A stretch of DNA of 64,000 nt from Schizochytrium sp. TIO01 (Eukaryota; Protista; Bigyra: Labyrinthulomycetes), in NCBI GenBank assembly GCA_004764695.1, contig SMSO01000034.1:1364001-1428000 (forward strand), given 5' to 3'. The notes below the pieces were generated by a model, which saw only the letters and a program-made list of their open reading frames with translations, searched no databases and was not told the origin of the DNA. Positions 58,101-64,000 of this stretch are shown piece by piece (the stretch's first letter is position 1; each line of letters starts with the position of its first letter). A program made the position numbers and the translations under genes.

Positions 58101-61100
58101 GGGGGCAAAGCCAGTCCTAAAAAGTCAACACGGCAGGAGGTGACCTCCTAAGTGTAATGTTCTATCAAAGGTAAATTCGTTGGTTCTGTGTTCTCGCTAT
58201 AGCACTCCTTCGAGCACACATGTTCTCTTCTCAGTTCCCCATCCAATCTTGTTATGCTACTTTGTAATGACAAAAAACTTGGGATTCTTTGCTCCGCGAT
58301 ACTGCGCGATGCAATGTAGTCAGTGTGCAGCCCGTCTTCCACGGCGCAATTTTGTACAGTGCAGCTGAGCGCATCAACGCCAACAGATTGTCTCGGACAA
58401 TACCGCAGTGGCTGGAAGTACTGGCTTCAAGTGGAGTCAACCCATCTAGACGATGCGGTTGACTTGGGAGTGCTGGGTTTGGTTCGCTTTTTATGAAGTA
58501 TTGATGTGCATCTTAATCTTTCACTATAAGAAAGTGTCATCTTCTGCAAAAGCAAGGTCTATAGAGGTACTCGACGTTCCATAACAATGCTTTTCTCCTT
58601 CTTATTGCACTACCCGAATTCGTTGATGTGATTGTGTGCAAGGGTGTGCACCACTTATATTCTGCTCTCCTTCCGTGAGTTTTTCAAGGAACCGCTGCCA
58701 CAATTGGTTCGTTTGTAAACCCCACTCATGATGGTTTTTCGCCGTTTTTCGGGGGGCATCCAGCTCGAGGCCTATGCAGATCCATGGAGACAGTCCCATC
58801 GACATTCTGAGCGTCGCTAAGACCTCTCCGGGCTTGCAAGGATGGGCTAGTAGCAAGCGAGTGACAAAGGGCCTCGCTTAAGCCCATAATATTGTCAACT
58901 TTCTAGTTGTAGGTATTGTGTTGCCTTCATATCGCAACATTTTTCTCTATTTTTGTTGAAGATGTACACAAAAAAAAACAAAAAAAAACTTTAGGTCCTT
59001 AGGTTAAAACCAAGAAGGTATTATGAAATGCTGAATGCCCAACAAGAGCTTTATTCATAGCGACACGTTATCCACGAATTTCGAACATGGTTTACTCCAT
59101 TTTTCAAATGATAAAAATAAAATAAACATAACATGATGTCATTAAAAAAACTAAAAAAAAGAAAAAAGAAAAAAGAAAAAAAAGGAAAGAGTTTTTTATT
59201 TTAATAAAATAAAAGAAATAAGATTCCAATTTCTTCTTTCTGCTCGGCGTTACGATCGTCCGCATTCGCGCGCTCGAGAAAAGGAGGTTTCATGACAAAT
59301 TGGGCCCTTCAAAGCAGTCAGGTTGTGCGCACGAGCCCTCGGCCGCCTACCAGCACTTCAGAGTCTAATAATTATCCCTCCCTCCCTCCCTCCCGCTTAC
59401 TTACTTACAGGTATGAGATATGCGTCCACGAACGATAATCAGTCAGACCCGCTCACAGAGAATTGGGTCCCGCATCACATATCGATAAAGTCCATTATAA
59501 TAGAAAGAGAAAAAACGATCAAGAAAAAGAACCCCCGAAAAAAGACAAAAGCTCGGAAACTTAAATTTTCATTTACTCACCGTTGAAAAATTTATATAAA
59601 ATATATTGAAATAGTTACATAGTATAATATTCTATAATATTATGAAAATGGAGCTCCTGTTTATATACGCTACCTGGTACGCCGATTCTTTCGAAATGCT
59701 CTTTCCTGGTCTTCAAGTTCTCATGGCTTGTCCATATTTGAGCAAAGACTGACCTGATCATGATTGATCATAAGTCGAGCGACGCAAGTTATATACAATA
59801 TTCAAAGACAAGAAAATGATCCATATTATCATCACTATTGTTATTATTATTACATTAAAGGAAAGAAAAACAATAGACTCTAAAAGCAATTAGGTGGGAA
59901 GTGCTCGGAATCCGTTCTCTTCGAGCACTTAGACTCGGCGCAGCCAGAGTCCACCGGATCCAAGCCCAGGGAAATCATCCCATACACCAGCGGGAGTCAA
60001 CCCAAATGTTGGCCAATTCCGTGCTGGGCCCTCTGAGTGACAGCGAACAGCTCATTAGCAGCGATTACGGATTTCTTCGATCGTGGATCTGTGGAGTCTG
60101 TGCATTATTGCCTGTCTGTGAACGAATAAATGCACATCCTTAGCCTATTTTGATAAGTTCTAGAGCCAAATGCATAAAAGCACGAATATATGAAGACCTA
60201 CACGAAATCGCGGACTTGAAATTGTGGAGAATACTTATATATGAGATGAGTGAAGGCTTGCATTTGGTGTTTTATACATTGCATTCCAGGATGTAGGAAT
60301 AAAAACTATCTCGGCATATGCCTTGAAATACACACCCCTGTGTCTTTTAAAAAAGATTAGCATAGAAAGGCCATTGCGAGCAAGCCTGGGCTCTGCCTGA
60401 TGCGATGTGGCCCTTCACGTGCAGCACATTTCAATGGCAATCATAGCATTATCAAAGTCGCTAGGACTCTAAAGACACATTTTTGTCCTCTTTCAAGTTC
60501 AAGACCTGTCCTAAGCGGACAGTCTTGGTTTTCGTTACAGTTGTCGTATTTTCGAGCTTTTCATGCTCGAATGCCATCTTTCGCTTGTAAAATGTTGCGT
60601 GCATATATAGTTATACGAGAACGGAGGGCGTGGACAAGGATGGGTTGTTTGATGGAACAACGCTGCCATTCCGAGTATTTTTTTCGTTGCTTCAGGATTT
60701 CTGTTATCAACGAGTATATCCATATTGCAAAGTCGGAACTCCTCGTTGAACAGAGCCCAAGCATGCTTGGCAAGGAGGTTAGTTGCAACACCTCATCGGT
60801 GCTCAATTACAATTCTCTAGGAACCTGCACCCGGAACTGCAGACATATACAAAGACCTCCACAAACATTCTTAGTTATCGTTTACTACTTTTCCTACTTT
60901 TTTTTTTAATTCATCGCTTCTTACATCATTCTCAATTTAGTTTCTGGAGCCTGTTTCTTATGCTATATTGAACTTATGGACCTATTAGAAGGCTATCTTT
61001 CGTGATGTTTTGCCCGTTCAGGCGCAAGACTGAAGCATTATAATGGCCGCAGTGAGCTTTCTATCATGCGCACCAAAATAGCAAGGGGTCCCACTTTGTA

Positions 61101-62621
61101 AATTCAACTCAAGGTAGGTGAGGTGCCGAGGTAGAAGTAATTCTTTTCATTTTTTGGTACCTACCTAGGTACCTACTATTATATGATACAGCTTATAATC
61201 AGATATCCCCATTGAGCCAGCCATTTATGTCCGTTGATAGACATACTACTACTATAGCTTCTCTCGTTTTACCATGGTGCTTTCATTTAGAATTTGGTCC
61301 TCAAGCGCCGACTGCTTCTGCTGCATATGACCTTTCGCTCCTTTCGACTTACTCATGCGTGCTCGACACCATCTTCATAATCGCCGAGTACATTTTTTGT
61401 TTTAATTGGAAAGAGATTAAAGTATAAACATAGTATATATCAAAGTTTCAAAGAACATTTAAATAAATACATTTTTAAAACAACAAGAAAAAGTAATGAT
61501 AATAATAACAAGAGGTCCTCACCTGGAATCCATCTTCAAGTTCTTGCATGATGGCTGCTGTTTCATGTGAAAATACTTATCCCTCGCTAGTCATAGATGC
61601 AGAGCTGCAGCGGGTGCGGACTTTGTTTCGCGTTTCTTTCGCACATTGGTGTAATCGAATTCCCTTGCAGACGGCAATGGTCGTCAACTCGAAAAAGCAA
61701 ATGAAACGAAAACGTGAAACAAAATGTTTAAAATAAAGAGAGGATGAAACGACACAACATTTTCTTTTCGAAACGAAAAAAATGTAACCTTCAATGCGGC
61801 ACATATCATCCCAAAAAGGAAGATTGATGTTTCTTTTAACTTTATATAGATCTAGTATAGGATGAGGTTTCCGAGGTTTCAACAAGCAGTAAATTGACAG
61901 AGAAACAAACATCAGGGATGGCACGGAGACAGATAGGGTGGTGCTTGGTTTGCTGCAATTTTAAACTATCAGAAAAGGTACTACAATATATCGGGAGAAA
62001 AGAAAAGAAATAAAAACGAAAAAAAAGAAACGAAAAGAAAAAGAAAGAAAGAAAGAAAGAAAGAAACTAACTTGTTCTTCATTCTGCATTTTTAATAATT
62101 ATTTTTAAAGGCAGACATTCCTTTTCTTTAACACTATTCTCTCTTCTTTCTCGTCGTGAGGCTATCCGTTTGACGTTTCCTTGTGCTCGACGACGATGCC
62201 GACGACGACCAACGGATAGGCATGGGTTGAGAGGAGCTAGGAGGAACGCTAGGAGGTGGTTGGATTGGGCTCGGGACTGGGCTAACTAAAAGGAGCCCTG
62301 GGGAGAACGCTACTTGTGCAGATAACAGGGGGAGCAATGGCAGTATGGTATGAAAGAATGCGATTGCACAATGGCCCATGGGGCGCTGCACGCCCGAAAA
62401 GTAAACCTTGAACTCGAAACAAACACCAAAAGCCCAAGAGACCAAAGCAAGCAAGCAAGCAAAGAAACAAACAAGCGTGCAGCAGGAAGCCCGACACATC
62501 CGCACGCCAAGGTCCTTGCTCTGAGTCTTTGATCAATTGATTAATTAATTACCCAAGCCTCTCTGTCCACGAAGTAGTCGAGTCAGTGAGACGGGCATTA
62601 TATCTATCTACACTCCACATC

Positions 62622-63695
62622 ATGGCTACTACTCAGCAGCATGCACCCCGCGCATCATCTACTTTCTACGGCGGCGCCGCTGATAGTTCTGTGGACTTTT
62701 CGAGTGTAATCCAGCAGGCGGAGGCCCTCACGGCACCAGAGATGCGTGCCGTCGAGGTGCTCCAGGGTCTTCTCAAGCTCCGCTCTCAGGAGCAGTCGTA
62801 TGATGTACCCTCGAGTAGTCAGTCACAGCTCCAGAAGCAGCAGACCATGCAACAGCAGCAGCAATCACAGCAGCAGTCGCAACAGCAGCAGCTTTTCACC
62901 TCTTCTCTAACTTTAACACCGCAGCAACGGCAGGCCCAGGCAGTGGCCAAGCTCGCCGAGAAAATTATTGAGGTACCGATGAGTTTTTCCAGCATCCTTA
63001 ACGGGACGGACTTGTCTAAAAAATTCGGCACTGGACTCTCTTCTGCAGGCTTCATGACCACTCTTGCTAGAGCTGCACAGATTCAGGATGATAGTAGTAC
63101 GACAAACGACGGCGCCGAATCAATGTCCACCACCTCCGTAACCTCTAATGACGTCATGACGCGTACCATGAGTATGGCAAGCATGATGAGTATGACTAGT
63201 AACGCCAGCAGTGTCGCTAGCGGCGACTCAGATAGCAGTAGCTCGGGCCCTATGCCTAAGCGCGCTCGTCTCGCAACGACCACCACGATTGGCAAGCCTG
63301 CCACAAAGAAGGAGAACAAGTCTCGCTATTCCGCATATCGTAAGAACAGTGTGTGCGGTTTCTGTGCCGAGCTGGGAATTAATTGTGGCAAGGTCGCTGC
63401 CAAGTGTCCGAACCGCCCATGCAACCAATGTGGACGTCGCCATCGGTTGAACCGTTGCCGCAAGATTGGCTGCAAGCACTGCCCCGGAGATCACCTCAGC
63501 TCCAAGTGCCCTATCAAAATCAAGCAATGGGCTCGCGCATCCGTCGCAAGGCGGCGCGAGCGCAACCTTCGTGGCAAGTCCGATTCGCTTGAGCATATCG
63601 CTCTTCACAACGCCGCCAATAACGCAGCAGCTGTTGCCGGCATGGATCTGTCTGCACCACCTTTGCCCTCGGCTGTCTTTGGCCAGAGCCAGTAA
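62622..63695 (+). CDS. Gln/Ser-rich protein with C-terminal Cys/His zinc-knuckle cluster (putative nucleic-acid-binding regulator)
   Basis: ATG at 62622. PolyQ and Ser/Thr tracts and an NLS-like PKRAR precede C-x2-C-x6-C-x6-C and two C-x2-C-x3-H-x4-C knuckles, then a basic helix. Confidence 0.78.
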   Translation: MATTQQHAPRASSTFYGGAADSSVDFSSVIQQAEALTAPEMRAVEVLQGLLKLRSQEQSYDVPSSSQSQLQKQQTMQQQQQSQQQSQQQQLFTSSLTLTPQQRQAQAVAKLAEKIIEVPMSFSSILNGTDLSKKFGTGLSSAGFMTTLARAAQIQDDSSTTNDGAESMSTTSVTSNDVMTRTMSMASMMSMTSNASSVASGDSDSSSSGPMPKRARLATTTTIGKPATKKENKSRYSAYRKNSVCGFCAELGINCGKVAAKCPNRPCNQCGRRHRLNRCRKIGCKHCPGDHLSSKCPIKIKQWARASVARRRERNLRGKSDSLEHIALHNAANNAAAVAGMDLSAPPLPSAVFGQSQ

Positions 63696-64000
63696 TTGGC
63701 AGCTGTCCTTCTTTCCGTTCTTGACTCTGTTCATTTGTGTCTTGTTGCTATTTCTACCTGTCCACATTCCCGGTTCTGCTTTGTGGCAGCGAAGATAGTA
63801 GTTCTTCTTCGCATCGCTACATTTCTCCAGCCTGTCTGCAATGATAATTCTTCTGTAGGAAGAACTATCTGCGCTCTTCTCCCTGGTGTTTCTCCCTCTC
63901 TTTGCTACCGCTCTCAAATTCATAATCTTCTGTGTTTTATTCTTTAATTCAATCCTTTTACCTGCCCCCCCAGATTAATTTCTTGAAAATGTCAAGTAAT

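Noticed and set aside
1-64000. Bacterial contamination suggested by lpxK and DGQHR
   Set aside because: Both genes are embedded among clearly eukaryotic genes (IWS1, WAVE, spliced RPS26, spliced ligase) of similar composition.

Overview
This is eukaryotic nuclear DNA. Most genes are intronless, three GT-AG introns can be reconstructed, and AT-rich spacers carry many microsatellites. Gene content and style suggest a heterotrophic stramenopile such as a thraustochytrid (inference only). About 18 protein-coding genes are supported: a partial IWS1/Spn1, a DGQHR/ParB-like protein, L-galactono-1,4-lactone dehydrogenase, an IQ-motif protein, two unknown membrane proteins, an ankyrin protein, a Dispatched/Patched-family RND protein, an unknown basic protein, a Coa1-like protein, LTO1, a FUBP-like multi-KH protein, a 2OG-Fe(II) oxygenase, LpxK, a LIG6-type nuclease-ligase fusion (2 exons), RPS26 (3 exons), a rhodanese, a WAVE/SCAR-domain protein and a zinc-knuckle protein. 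Two gene-poor stretches (about 14-22 kb and 53-62.6 kb) hold decayed coding-like DNA and microsatellite mosaics. The most notable observations are: (1) an operon-like oxygenase-lpxK pair separated by only 4 nt; (2) a WAVE protein with about 11 WH2-like repeats and no acidic Arp2/3-activating tail; (3) a prokaryote/virus-type DGQHR protein; (4) a Dispatched-like protein with a mucin/PA-like/EGF insert; (5) an SF1-FUBP chimeric splicing factor; (6) a plant-type LIG6 architecture. No rRNA, tRNA, CRISPR array or intact transposon was recognised. All calls come from reading motifs by eye; no searches were run.
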